Assembly: GCA_963664225.1 (NCBI GenBank)
Contig: OY760937.1
Location: 2,144,001-2,208,000 of the forward strand
DNA: 64,000 nucleotides
Source: Verrucomicrobiia bacterium
Lineage (GTDB): Bacteria; Verrucomicrobiota; Verrucomicrobiia; Limisphaerales; UBA1319
Direction of reading: 5' to 3'
Shown here: in pieces, positions 7,388 through 16,806 of the stretch
Layout of the letters: each line of letters starts with the position of its first letter
How positions within the stretch are numbered: position 1 is the stretch's first letter
Notes under the pieces: generated by a model
Told to the model about the DNA's origin: nothing
What the model saw: the letters and a program-made list of their open reading frames with translations, nothing else
Databases searched by the model: none
Made by a program: the position numbers and the translations under genes

Positions 7388-10117
7388 TCATTTTTCCACA
7401 CGCTGGATGCGCAGGTTGTCGAGGTAGAATGCGGTGTCCGCCTCCGCCGTGCTGCTGAAGCCCAGCCACTGCAATTCCCGGAAATCCTGGCCGCTCATCG
7501 GGAGAGCCTCAAAGGTTTTGGGTTGTTTACCTTCGGGCCTCAGTGTCAAACGAAACACGCGGGCCGCACTCTTTCCCAGTGGTGCCTGTATCTCCACATG
7601 AATCCATTGACGGCTCGGCACGGTTGCCAGAAGCCTGCCGCCAGCACTGACGTTCCCATTTCCTTCGAAGCGCAAGCTCGGGCCGATGTTCTGCGGGTAT
7701 GAACTGGTGTCGCGCCACTCGGTGATGAACTGCGCGTTGGTTTCAAACCAGACATCGAAGCTCTGGCACACCATGCCGGAGACAAGGTGCGGTTCGTAGT
7801 AGAAATGCGGTTGCCAGTTGGGCCGGAGCGTCGCGGAATCCGTCACTTTCAAACTCCGCTGGCCGCTGGCCGCGCGCTCTCCTGTCACCCGGATCGACGC
7901 CCCCTGCTCCTCGCCGCTAACCCGGGCCTGTTCGGGCGCTGCGCCGACCGGCGTTGTCTCAAATCCATCATCCACCTCCAAAGGTTTTGGGGGCGCAGGT
8001 GGTGGAGGCAGCGCGATCCTGGGGCAGCGCGCGTGGCTGGCCTCGTTCACCCAGGCGGAATCGCCATAGAGTCCGACCTGACTGATATCAAACTCCCCGA
8101 ATCCGAGTTCCAGGGCTGGCGAAGTGCTTTGGAGCCGGAAATCGTGTCCGTCAGCATTCACAAACTGAGGATCCGCAATCCGCGAGTGTGTATCCAGCCC
8201 GATGGCCTGCCATTCTCCAATGGTCCGGCGGAAGAACCGGAGCGCCTCGGGCCCCGCCGTATGCCAGTAAACGTTCTCGTCCCAGTCCCCTGGCGATTCT
8301 TTGGCGGCGAGACGTTCGCCAAGCGATTTTTCGCCGTAGTCCACCATGAGTTGGCCCTGCGTGAGGTAAACGATGTTGCGACGGAAGGCATTGGGACGCT
8401 TTTCGAAATAAGGCCACAGCGCCTGGTTGGCGGAGCAGGCGAAGATGTTATTCCGGATGACATGCTCATGGCCCCCGTTGTTGAACATCAGACCGCCACT
8501 CAGCGTGTTATAGACGAGGTTGCTTTCAACGAGGTAATTCCCGCACTGCGCATCCAGGTAAATTCCCCAGCCCAGAGCCGGCGCGGAGTATGGCCAGAGG
8601 TCGTGAAAGACATTGTTGCGAATGACGCTGCCGGGTGAAACCCCGAGGCAGTAAATCAAGCCGGCGTCACTCATGACCCCATGACCCAAATCGTGAACGT
8701 GGTTGAACTCGATGAGGTTGTTGGTCGTGCGATTCGGCTCCAGGCCCCAGTTCCAGCCGACGCTGATCCCGGTGTAGTAGAAGTCGTGAATGTCGTTGTG
8801 CGAAATTCGGTTTCCGCTGCTTTGGGCAACCCAGATTCCGACGCAGCCGGGATAAATCCGTCCACCGTCGAAGAGGTGGTTATTGTCCACAAGAGTGCGA
8901 CTGGTTTCCGCCACGTCCGAACTGGCCATGCGGTCCTCCCCCACCCGGATGCCGCCCGCACCGAGATCGAAGAGGCGATTGCGCTGGATGCGGCAGTCCT
9001 TGCAGCCCCGCCGGAACCAGATCCCATAGGTGCCGATGTGGGCCACTTCACAACCTTCGATGGCGCAGTCCATGGCCCCATCCGCCGTGATGGTGGCCGG
9101 GACTTCCACGGCCGCCTGGGTGCTGCTGTTACCCTTGGCGTCGAGCACCCAGTCCGCGTGATGAAAGGCCAACCCCCGGAGGGTCACGTGCCTCACGAAC
9201 TGGCCCTTCCCGGGATCGCCAGCCAGGGACACAAAGTTGGTCAACACAGGAGCCATAATCGGCGTGTCGCCCAGCCGTTCCCCAGGCATCGGCCAATAGG
9301 TCAGCACGCCCGTTTCGCGGTTGAGATACCATTCCCCCGGGGTGTCGAGCAATTCTCGCGCGTTCTCCACAAAATAACGCTGATGCTCCTCCCAGTATCC
9401 CAAGCCCCACCACTCCTTCATCGGGGCGGCCAATTCGACGATATTGGAAACCGTGTCCACCGACTTGAGCGGGTGGATGGAGTTCTCCCATGAATGCATG
9501 AGCACCAGGTTCACATCGTTGAGCCGTGGCCAGGGCTGAAGATCCCCGGGCGCAAATACGAACCGTTCGCGCGCCACGGGTTTGGCGTTCGGAATCGGCG
9601 GGCCGGGAATCAGCCGCGCGATGCGGTAATAACCGGTGTTCGGGGAACGCGCCCGCTGGCGCCGCTGCCCATCGACAAATAATTGCCGGAAATACCACTG
9701 CCCCGATTTTACTTCAGGGAGGGTGGTCTCCCAAAGGTTCCCGGTCCGATGAAACCCCGTGATGGATCGTCCGCCGGAGAAAACCGGCTTCTCATTCTGG
9801 AACGCGGCATATACCACCGGCCCCTCGGTTGTCCCGGAGTCTTGGGGCTGGAGCACTAACGGTGCTTTCAGGAAATAAGTTCCGCCGCGCACAAAGACCT
9901 GCACCGGCCGACTCCCAATCTCCGACCGCTGCTCCCGGATCCGGTCGCGGGCTCCCGCCAACGAAGACAACGGCCCGTCTGTACGCGCCGCGTTGGGAGC
10001 GGCCAGACGGCCGGACCAACCGTCCTCGCCATTGGTGGAGATGTAGAGCGTGAAAGGTGCCGGGGCGGCGGCTGTCGCGGTGCAGACAGCCAGAAAGAGG
10101 GCCAGAATCAGGTTCAT
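7388..10117 (-). CDS. Secreted right-handed beta-helix glycan-active protein (GH141-like) with C-terminal beta-sandwich
   Basis: Signal peptide from ATG 10117, YISTNGEDGWSG N-terminal motif, parallel beta-helix repeats, WGIYLD, ADPQFVN. Confidence 0.8.
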   Translation of the reverse strand: MNLILALFLAVCTATAAAPAPFTLYISTNGEDGWSGRLAAPNAARTDGPLSSLAGARDRIREQRSEIGSRPVQVFVRGGTYFLKAPLVLQPQDSGTTEGPVVYAAFQNEKPVFSGGRSITGFHRTGNLWETTLPEVKSGQWYFRQLFVDGQRRQRARSPNTGYYRIARLIPGPPIPNAKPVARERFVFAPGDLQPWPRLNDVNLVLMHSWENSIHPLKSVDTVSNIVELAAPMKEWWGLGYWEEHQRYFVENARELLDTPGEWYLNRETGVLTYWPMPGERLGDTPIMAPVLTNFVSLAGDPGKGQFVRHVTLRGLAFHHADWVLDAKGNSSTQAAVEVPATITADGAMDCAIEGCEVAHIGTYGIWFRRGCKDCRIQRNRLFDLGAGGIRVGEDRMASSDVAETSRTLVDNNHLFDGGRIYPGCVGIWVAQSSGNRISHNDIHDFYYTGISVGWNWGLEPNRTTNNLIEFNHVHDLGHGVMSDAGLIYCLGVSPGSVIRNNVFHDLWPYSAPALGWGIYLDAQCGNYLVESNLVYNTLSGGLMFNNGGHEHVIRNNIFACSANQALWPYFEKRPNAFRRNIVYLTQGQLMVDYGEKSLGERLAAKESPGDWDENVYWHTAGPEALRFFRRTIGEWQAIGLDTHSRIADPQFVNADGHDFRLQSTSPALELGFGEFDISQVGLYGDSAWVNEASHARCPRIALPPPPAPPKPLEVDDGFETTPVGAAPEQARVSGEEQGASIRVTGERAASGQRSLKVTDSATLRPNWQPHFYYEPHLVSGMVCQSFDVWFETNAQFITEWRDTSSYPQNIGPSLRFEGNGNVSAGGRLLATVPSRQWIHVEIQAPLGKSAARVFRLTLRPEGKQPKTFEALPMSGQDFRELQWLGFSSTAEADTAFYLDNLRIQRVEK

Positions 10118-10190
10118 GGCCGCAAAGCTATGGCCCGCTCTGATGCGGGTCAACGGGGAAAAGTCCTCGCGCCGGGGCATCGGAAATGGT

Positions 10191-11708
10191 TTACAGCAAT
10201 TCAGCCGCGCGAGCCGCCATTTCGCTGCGTTCGCACTTGCAGAGCGGGATTACGGCCGTAAACGGCTCCCGACCCAGCCGGTCGGCTGCGTAGGTCAATC
10301 CATTGCTGAGTTTATCGAGGTATGGCACATCGATTTGATCGGGGTCGCCGGTCAGCACCACCTTGCAGTTCTTGCCCGCGCGCGTGATGATGGTCTTGAT
10401 TTCGAGCGGCGTGGTGTTCTGGGCCTCGTCGATGATGACGATGGCGTTATTGATGGAGCGCCCGCGAATGAACTGCAGGGGCTGAACTTCGATGGTCCCA
10501 TCCAACAGGAGCGATTCGAAACGGCCGGAACCGAGGATGAGCTTGAGATTATCGACGATCGGCTGAATCCATGGGCGCATCTTCTCATTGACATCCCCTG
10601 GTAGAAAACCCATTTCCCGGCCAAGGCTCACCATTGGCCGGGCGATGAGTATCTGCATGTCGTTTCCATTTCGCGGCTGGAGCGCGGCTTCATTGGAGGC
10701 TTTTTCGGCGGAGTGGAATTTGCGTTCATGACGAGGGGTTCCCTCCTGTTTTTCAGCGCCATGATAATGTAATTGATTGATCCGCTGAACCTCATCCAGC
10801 GCGGCTGCGATGGCCAGCAGCGTCTTTCCAGTTCCCGCAGGGCCCGTCATGCACACCAGGGTTTTCTTCTTGTCCAGAAGCGCGTCCACGGCGGCGCTCT
10901 GTTCGGTATTCCTGGCCTGAATTCCCCTGTGAGACTTGCCGTTGCAGAGCACTGGCATCTTCAATATGGTCCGGACCCTTTCATCGTGGTCGATGCAGAG
11001 GAGCGTTTCCATCTGGCTCTGCTCGTAGTTCATCACATAGTAACCCGGTATGATGGGCCGGGTCTGGTCGCCGTCCAGGTAAGTCTTGGAAAGAACGCCT
11101 TCCAATAGGATCCCCTGGCCGTCGCTTGAGAACAAAGCGTTGATGGCCTCGTTGGAAAATATTTGCACGTTCAAATGCGGCAATTGCCTGAGTTGCGTTT
11201 TGGCCTGGTCGCGCCGGTAATTCTGCTGCCCGAAACCGCGGCCGATGGCCTTGATCCCCATGAGCGTGTCCTTGGTGACGACGATGATGGGTGTTTTGAA
11301 GGCCGCGCGATGCTTGTAGAGCAAACCAAGGATCTGGTCGTCGCGGGTTTCGCCCTGGACCCGGTCATCGGGGTCATCCATGAGCAGGATGAGTTTGCCA
11401 TTGGTTCCGGGGATTTGAAGTTCAGGAAACGTTTTCCCGTTTGAGCGCGCTTTTTTGCCCTTTGACAAGGGCGTGCCGGCGACCGGAACGGATTGCATGG
11501 AAATGACCTTTTCGGAAAGCCCCCTGCTGATTTCCCGCAGCAAACGGCCGGCTTCCCGCGCATTGCGGTTCTTTTCCTCATTACCTTCCTTGAGCTGATC
11601 CAATTCCAGAATCACGTATTCGGTGACGACAATGACGTTCTCCTCGAAGGAAAACAGGGCCCGGGGATCGTGGATAAGGACGTTGGTATCGAGACAATAA
11701 GTTTTCAT
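10191..11708 (-). CDS. PIN-PhoH fusion (PhoH2-type ATPase/RNase)
   Basis: PIN LDTNVL..DP..ELD and LVTKD-like motifs; PhoH GPAGTGKT, MGFLPG, IRGRS, DEAQN, GDPDQID. Confidence 0.92.
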   Translation of the reverse strand: MKTYCLDTNVLIHDPRALFSFEENVIVVTEYVILELDQLKEGNEEKNRNAREAGRLLREISRGLSEKVISMQSVPVAGTPLSKGKKARSNGKTFPELQIPGTNGKLILLMDDPDDRVQGETRDDQILGLLYKHRAAFKTPIIVVTKDTLMGIKAIGRGFGQQNYRRDQAKTQLRQLPHLNVQIFSNEAINALFSSDGQGILLEGVLSKTYLDGDQTRPIIPGYYVMNYEQSQMETLLCIDHDERVRTILKMPVLCNGKSHRGIQARNTEQSAAVDALLDKKKTLVCMTGPAGTGKTLLAIAAALDEVQRINQLHYHGAEKQEGTPRHERKFHSAEKASNEAALQPRNGNDMQILIARPMVSLGREMGFLPGDVNEKMRPWIQPIVDNLKLILGSGRFESLLLDGTIEVQPLQFIRGRSINNAIVIIDEAQNTTPLEIKTIITRAGKNCKVVLTGDPDQIDVPYLDKLSNGLTYAADRLGREPFTAVIPLCKCERSEMAARAAELL

Positions 11709-11847
11709 GCAATTATCAAGGCATCGACCATTGCTGTCATACATGTTTAATCGGCGGAGCAATTTGCGTTCATTGATATAGGACTACAGCCCTCGCCGCT
11801 TTAATCAAGAATTCACATCCAGTTTTTTCGAAGGGGCGATCGCCTCG

Positions 11848-11867
11848 ATTTTGATAATTTTTTAACG
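11848..11867 (+). promoter_or_regulatory. Probable KdpE-binding T-rich site
   Basis: TTTTGATAATTTTTTAACG upstream of the kdp operon resembles the T-rich KdpE box. Confidence 0.4.
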
Positions 11868-12047
11868 CTGGCAGCCCTCACTTTAACTACCACAATTTGA
11901 AGATGGTCCTACGTTGGATCTCGTGAAGAGACACTCTGACAATGATCGGGTGGCGGGAGGTTCAATTTCATTGCACCGAACGCAGGCTGTGTGGCGCAAC
12001 GGCTTTAGACAAACATGCAAACCCACTCGATTTGCCGGAGATAAAAT

Positions 12048-12131
12048 ATGAATGATCTGATTTATATTGGCGTGATCATCGCTTTTTTTGTGGTGTGCGG
12101 TTTGTACGCACGCTTCTGCGAAATGCTTTAG
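12048..12131 (+). CDS. 27-aa hydrophobic micro-protein upstream of kdpF
   Basis: GGAG RBS; MNDLIYIGVIIAFFVVCGLYARFCEML*; its stop overlaps the AGGAGG RBS of kdpF. Confidence 0.7.
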   Translation: MNDLIYIGVIIAFFVVCGLYARFCEML

Positions 12132-12139
12132 GAGGACTC

Positions 12140-12223
12140 ATGGAAAACCTGATTGCGGGCTTTGTCGCCCTGTTGCTGTTTGGCTATCTGATCGTGGCCA
12201 TGGTTCGGCCGGAAAAGTTTTAA
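12140..12223 (+). CDS. kdpF: K+-transporting ATPase subunit F
   Basis: MENLIAGFVALLLFGYLIVAMVRPEKF*, with the diagnostic YL..A...PEKF end; AGGAGG RBS. Confidence 0.92.
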   Translation: MENLIAGFVALLLFGYLIVAMVRPEKF

Positions 12224-12240
12224 GGATTTCAAGGATACAT

Positions 12241-14157
12241 ATGCGCTCCACCGATTGGTATCAGCTTTTACTTTACGTAGTCGCCCTTGCATTGCTTACA
12301 AAGCCGATGGGCCTCTACCTGTATCGTGTCTTGGACGCGAACGGAAGAACCTGGCTGGATCCGGTTCTAAAACCATTGGAGCGGCTCACGTATCGCGTGA
12401 TGGGAGTGAAGTCCGACAGCGAACAAGACTGGCGGCAATACACCTTTGCCATGCTGCTGTTCAGCCTGACGAGCTGTCTCTTCACCTATGCGATCCTGCG
12501 CCTGCAGAATCTCCTGCCGCTGAATCCCCAGGGCTTTGGGCCGATGTCCGCGCATCTGGCCTTCAACACGGCTGTAAGCTTCACCACGAATACCAACTGG
12601 CAGAGCTACAGCGGCGAATCGACGCTTTCGTATCTCTCCCAGATGGTCGGCCTGACGCTGCACAATTTCACTTCAGCCGCAACGGGCATCGCCCTCGCGG
12701 CGGCGCTCGTTCGTGGCATTGCCCGGCATTCGGCAAGGACGATTGGCAATTTCTGGGTGGACCTCGTGCGCACGACCTATTATCTCCTGTTGCCCTGCTG
12801 CGTTGTGTTCGCGGTCGTCCTTGTCTCGCAAGGCATGGTTCAGAACTTCAAGCCCTATACCAAAGCCAGGCTGACCGAATCCTTCACCATCCAGGTTCCC
12901 AAAACTGATGAAAAGGGTCAGCCAGTCATGACGAATGTGGCGATCATGGTCCAAGCTCCCAAACTGGATGCGAAGGGTCAACCGCTGATGGCCAACGGAG
13001 TGGCCGTGATGGTGGATCTGCCCAAGCTGGACGGTAAAGGCCAGCCGATGACGACCAATGTCCCGGTCATGATCGATCAAGTCGTGGACGAACAAACCAT
13101 CGTCCAGGGACCGATGGCCTCGCAGGTGGCCATCAAGATGCTGGGCACCAACGGCGGCGGTTATGCCAACGCCAATGCCGCGCATCCATTTGAGAATCCC
13201 ACGCCTCTCGCCAATTTCCTGCAAATGCTCTCGATCTTCGCCATCGGCAGCGGCCTGACCTATTACCTGGGGCTGATGACAAAGAATCAGGCGCATGGCT
13301 GGTCCGTATGGGGTGCCATGATGGTGCTCTTCATCGCGGGCGCTCTCGCTTGCTGGTGGGCGGAAGCTGCAGGCAATCCGATTCATCAACAGCTTGGATT
13401 GGTGGTTGCCGACGGCAATATGGAAGGGAAGGAAGTCCGGTTTGGAATCTTTAATTCCGCCTTGTTTGCGACCGTCACCACGGACGCCTCCTGCGGCGCG
13501 GTCAATTCGATGCACGATTCGTTCACCTCGCTGGGAGGACTCGTACCGCTGTTCAATATGCAACTCGGAGAAATCGTCGTTGGCGGCGTGGGGGCCGGGC
13601 TTTATGGGATGCTCGTGTTTGTTGTGCTCGCGGTGTTCATCGCCGGACTCATGGTGGGACGCACTCCAGAATATCTTGGCAAAAAGATCCAGTCCTACGA
13701 GGTGAAAATGGCGATGCTGTCGCTGCTGGTGCTTACGCTTTCCATTCTTGGATTCACCGCCTGGGCCGCGGTCAGCGACTGGGGTCTGGCCGGTCTGAAC
13801 AACGCCGGGCCGCACGGTTTCAGCGAGATATTTTACGCCTACAGTTCCGCCAACGCCAACAACGGCAGCGCTTTTGCAGGCCTCACAGCGAACACTCCCT
13901 GGTATGACACGACACTCGGCCTGGCGATGTTGATTGGAAGGTTCCTGATGATCGTTCCCATCATGGCGCTGGCTGGATCGCTTGCGCAGAAAAAGATTTC
14001 TCCCCCCAGTGTGGGCACCTTCCCAGTCGCAGGATTCACCTTCATCGTGTTGTTGGTAGGCACAGTGTTGCTGGTGGGAGCGTTGAATTACCTCCCGGGT
14101 TTGACACTGGGACCGATTGTGGAGCATTTCCTCAACGCCCAGGGAAGGCTGTATTAA
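12241..14157 (+). CDS. kdpA: K+-transporting ATPase subunit A
   Basis: FNTAVSFTTNTNWQSY, LGTNGGG, SCGAVN, NNGSAFAG; start taken at ATG 12241. Confidence 0.97.
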   Translation: MRSTDWYQLLLYVVALALLTKPMGLYLYRVLDANGRTWLDPVLKPLERLTYRVMGVKSDSEQDWRQYTFAMLLFSLTSCLFTYAILRLQNLLPLNPQGFGPMSAHLAFNTAVSFTTNTNWQSYSGESTLSYLSQMVGLTLHNFTSAATGIALAAALVRGIARHSARTIGNFWVDLVRTTYYLLLPCCVVFAVVLVSQGMVQNFKPYTKARLTESFTIQVPKTDEKGQPVMTNVAIMVQAPKLDAKGQPLMANGVAVMVDLPKLDGKGQPMTTNVPVMIDQVVDEQTIVQGPMASQVAIKMLGTNGGGYANANAAHPFENPTPLANFLQMLSIFAIGSGLTYYLGLMTKNQAHGWSVWGAMMVLFIAGALACWWAEAAGNPIHQQLGLVVADGNMEGKEVRFGIFNSALFATVTTDASCGAVNSMHDSFTSLGGLVPLFNMQLGEIVVGGVGAGLYGMLVFVVLAVFIAGLMVGRTPEYLGKKIQSYEVKMAMLSLLVLTLSILGFTAWAAVSDWGLAGLNNAGPHGFSEIFYAYSSANANNGSAFAGLTANTPWYDTTLGLAMLIGRFLMIVPIMALAGSLAQKKISPPSVGTFPVAGFTFIVLLVGTVLLVGALNYLPGLTLGPIVEHFLNAQGRLY

Positions 14158-14169
14158 CCATTTTTACTC

Positions 14170-16209
14170 ATGACTCAAAAATCCACTCATCTCTTTGGTT
14201 GGAATATCGTCGGGCCAGCCATCGGAGACGCGTTCCGGAAGCTCAACCCGCGGTTGATGATTAGAAACCCGGTTATGTTCGTCACCATGGTTGGAGCGGC
14301 GATGACCACTGCGGCCATTTTCACCACGACAACCGGCCACGGCTTCATCCTCCAGCTCGCCATCTGGCTCTGGTTTACGGTGCTGTTTGCGAATTTCGCC
14401 GAAGCGGTGGCTGAAGGCCGGGGAAAGGCGCAGGCTGAAAGTCTGCGAAAGGCCCGCAAAGACACCATGGCCCGGCGCCTGCGCGACGGGCGCGAGGAAA
14501 AAGTGGCCGCCCCGGATCTGCAAAAGGGCGATCTCGTGATCTGCGAGGCGGGGGACATCATTCCGGCGGATGGAGACGTGACTGAAGGAATTGCCAGCGT
14601 GGATGAAGCGGCCATTACCGGCGAATCCGCGCCGGTCATCCGCGAAAGCGGCGGCGATCGCAGCGCCGTCACTGGAGGCACACGAGTGCTCAGCGACCGC
14701 ATTGTGGTGCGCGTGACCATGGAAAAAGGCAACGGCTTCCTGGATCGCATGATTGCGCTGGTCGAGGGCGCGAGCCGCCAGAAAACGCCAAACGAAATCG
14801 CACTAACCATCCTTCTGGCAGCGCTGACGGTCATCTTCCTGCTGGTCTGTGTGGCGTTGAAGCCATTCGGTTTGTATGCCGCCACGGAATTCTCGATTCC
14901 CGTTCTGATCGCCCTGCTCGTCTGCCTGATCCCCACGACCATTGGCGGGTTGTTGAGCGCCATCGGCATCGCGGGCATGGATCGCGTGCTCCAGCGCAAC
15001 GTGCTGGCCATGAGCGGACGCGCGGTCGAAGCCGCCGGGGATGTGGATGTGCTGCTGCTCGACAAGACCGGCACCATCACGCTCGGTAATCGCATGGCCA
15101 CGGCGTTCATTCCCGCGCCCAATATCAAGCCTGAGCACCTGGCGGACGCCGCGCAACTGGCCTCGCTCGCGGATGAGACACCCGAGGGCCGCAGCATTGT
15201 GGTTCTCGCCAAGGAAAAATATGACCTCCGCGCGCGTGAAATGGCCTCTTCCCACGCATTTTTTGTCCCGTTCACCGCACAGACGCGAATGAGTGGTGTG
15301 GATTTTCCATCGCTCAACAACCAGCCATCCCGGGTCATTCGCAAGGGTGCGGCCGAAGCCATTCGGGTCCATGTCGATCGATTGGGAGGCCGGGTTCCGC
15401 AAGCTGTGGAACAACAGGTTGAGGAAGTCTCCCGGCTGGGCGGAACACCCCTGGTGGTTGCGGAAGGCCGTGATGTCCTGGGGATCATTCACCTCAAAGA
15501 TGTGGTCAAAGGCGGCATCCGCGAGCGGTTTGCACGGCTGAGAACCATGGGCATCAGAACGGTGATGATCACCGGGGACAATCCATTAACCGCCGCGGCC
15601 ATAGCCGCTGAAGCGGGTGTGGACGATTTCATGGCACAAGCCACGCCGGAAGACAAACTAAGGCGCATTCGCGATGAACAGGCCGCGGGCCACCTCGTGG
15701 CCATGACCGGCGACGGCACCAACGATGCCCCGGCACTGGCGCAGGCGGATGTGGGCGTGGCCATGAACACGGGCACCCAGGCCGCCCGTGAGGCGGGCAA
15801 CATGGTGGACCTGGACAGCAACCCGACCAAGCTCATTGACATTGTCGAGATCGGCAAGCAGATGCTCATGACACGCGGTTCGCTCACCACGTTCAGCATC
15901 GCCAATGACGTGGCCAAATATTTCGCCATCATACCGGCCATGCTCATGGTCACGTTCCCGGCCATCTCCCCTCTCAACATCATGCGCCTGCATAGTCCCG
16001 CCAGCGCGATCCTGAGCGCGGTGATTTTCAACGCCCTCATCATCGTCGCATTGATTCCACTGGCGCTTCGCGGTGTGAAATACACCCCAATGGGAGCCCT
16101 GGCCACGCTGCAACGCAACCTGCTCGTTTTCGGCCTGGGTGGCGTCTTCATTCCCTTCCTGGGTATCAAGCTCATTGATGTCCTCATCACCACTTTGAAA
16201 CTCGTTTAA
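14170..16209 (+). CDS. kdpB: K+-transporting ATPase subunit B
   Basis: [29 protein letters not shown]. Confidence 0.98.
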   Translation: MTQKSTHLFGWNIVGPAIGDAFRKLNPRLMIRNPVMFVTMVGAAMTTAAIFTTTTGHGFILQLAIWLWFTVLFANFAEAVAEGRGKAQAESLRKARKDTMARRLRDGREEKVAAPDLQKGDLVICEAGDIIPADGDVTEGIASVDEAAITGESAPVIRESGGDRSAVTGGTRVLSDRIVVRVTMEKGNGFLDRMIALVEGASRQKTPNEIALTILLAALTVIFLLVCVALKPFGLYAATEFSIPVLIALLVCLIPTTIGGLLSAIGIAGMDRVLQRNVLAMSGRAVEAAGDVDVLLLDKTGTITLGNRMATAFIPAPNIKPEHLADAAQLASLADETPEGRSIVVLAKEKYDLRAREMASSHAFFVPFTAQTRMSGVDFPSLNNQPSRVIRKGAAEAIRVHVDRLGGRVPQAVEQQVEEVSRLGGTPLVVAEGRDVLGIIHLKDVVKGGIRERFARLRTMGIRTVMITGDNPLTAAAIAAEAGVDDFMAQATPEDKLRRIRDEQAAGHLVAMTGDGTNDAPALAQADVGVAMNTGTQAAREAGNMVDLDSNPTKLIDIVEIGKQMLMTRGSLTTFSIANDVAKYFAIIPAMLMVTFPAISPLNIMRLHSPASAILSAVIFNALIIVALIPLALRGVKYTPMGALATLQRNLLVFGLGGVFIPFLGIKLIDVLITTLKLV

Positions 16210-16212
16210 GCC

Positions 16213-16806
16213 ATGAAAGATCTATTAACTGGCATTCGCAGCGCCCTGGCCGCCACTCTGGTCCTTGCGCTGGTTTGTTGCGGGCTTTATCCATTGATTG
16301 TATTTGGGATCAGCCAGGCTCTCTTCCCACACAAAGCCAACGGCAGCCTGGTCCTTGATTCCAAGGGCGTGGTCCGTGGTTCGGCCCTCATCGGCCAGGG
16401 TTTCACAGGCGCGAAATACTTTCACTCGCGCCCTTCGGCTGCTGGCAATGGGTATGATGCCACCAGCTCCGGCGGCAGCAACCTGGGGCCGACTTCGCAG
16501 AAATTGAGGGATTCGATCGCCCAAAATATCGCCGACTACCGCAACCAAAACGAGTTGGCGTCCGATGCCCCCGTGCCCGCCGACGCGGTAACCGCCTCCG
16601 CCAGCGGTCTTGATCCGCATATCAGTCCGGAATCGGCGCGGCTGCAAATCGAGCGTATTGCAAAGGCCCGCGGCTTCAATGCCGAGCAGAAGCTGTGCCT
16701 CGCGGCACTTGTGGAACAGTTCATTGAACCGCCACAACTGGGCCTTCTTGGCGAGCCGCGGGTCAATATTTTACTTCTGAACAGAGCCGTGGATGAGTTA
16801 CCATAA
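16213..16806 (+). CDS. kdpC: K+-transporting ATPase subunit C
   Basis: GSALIGQ, YFHSRPSA, SGGSNLGP, TASASGLDPHIS, GEPRVN. Confidence 0.97.
   Translation: MKDLLTGIRSALAATLVLALVCCGLYPLIVFGISQALFPHKANGSLVLDSKGVVRGSALIGQGFTGAKYFHSRPSAAGNGYDATSSGGSNLGPTSQKLRDSIAQNIADYRNQNELASDAPVPADAVTASASGLDPHISPESARLQIERIAKARGFNAEQKLCLAALVEQFIEPPQLGLLGEPRVNILLLNRAVDELP

Noticed and set aside
12088..12240. KdpA N-terminal extension
   Set aside because: Overlaps kdpF and the micro-ORF; KdpA-like sequence begins at 12241.
12673..14127. Long antisense ORFs (also 14187-15488, 28256-29548, 59670-60749, 61001-62728)
   Set aside because: Shadow frames of well-supported genes in high-GC DNA, with no recognisable motifs.
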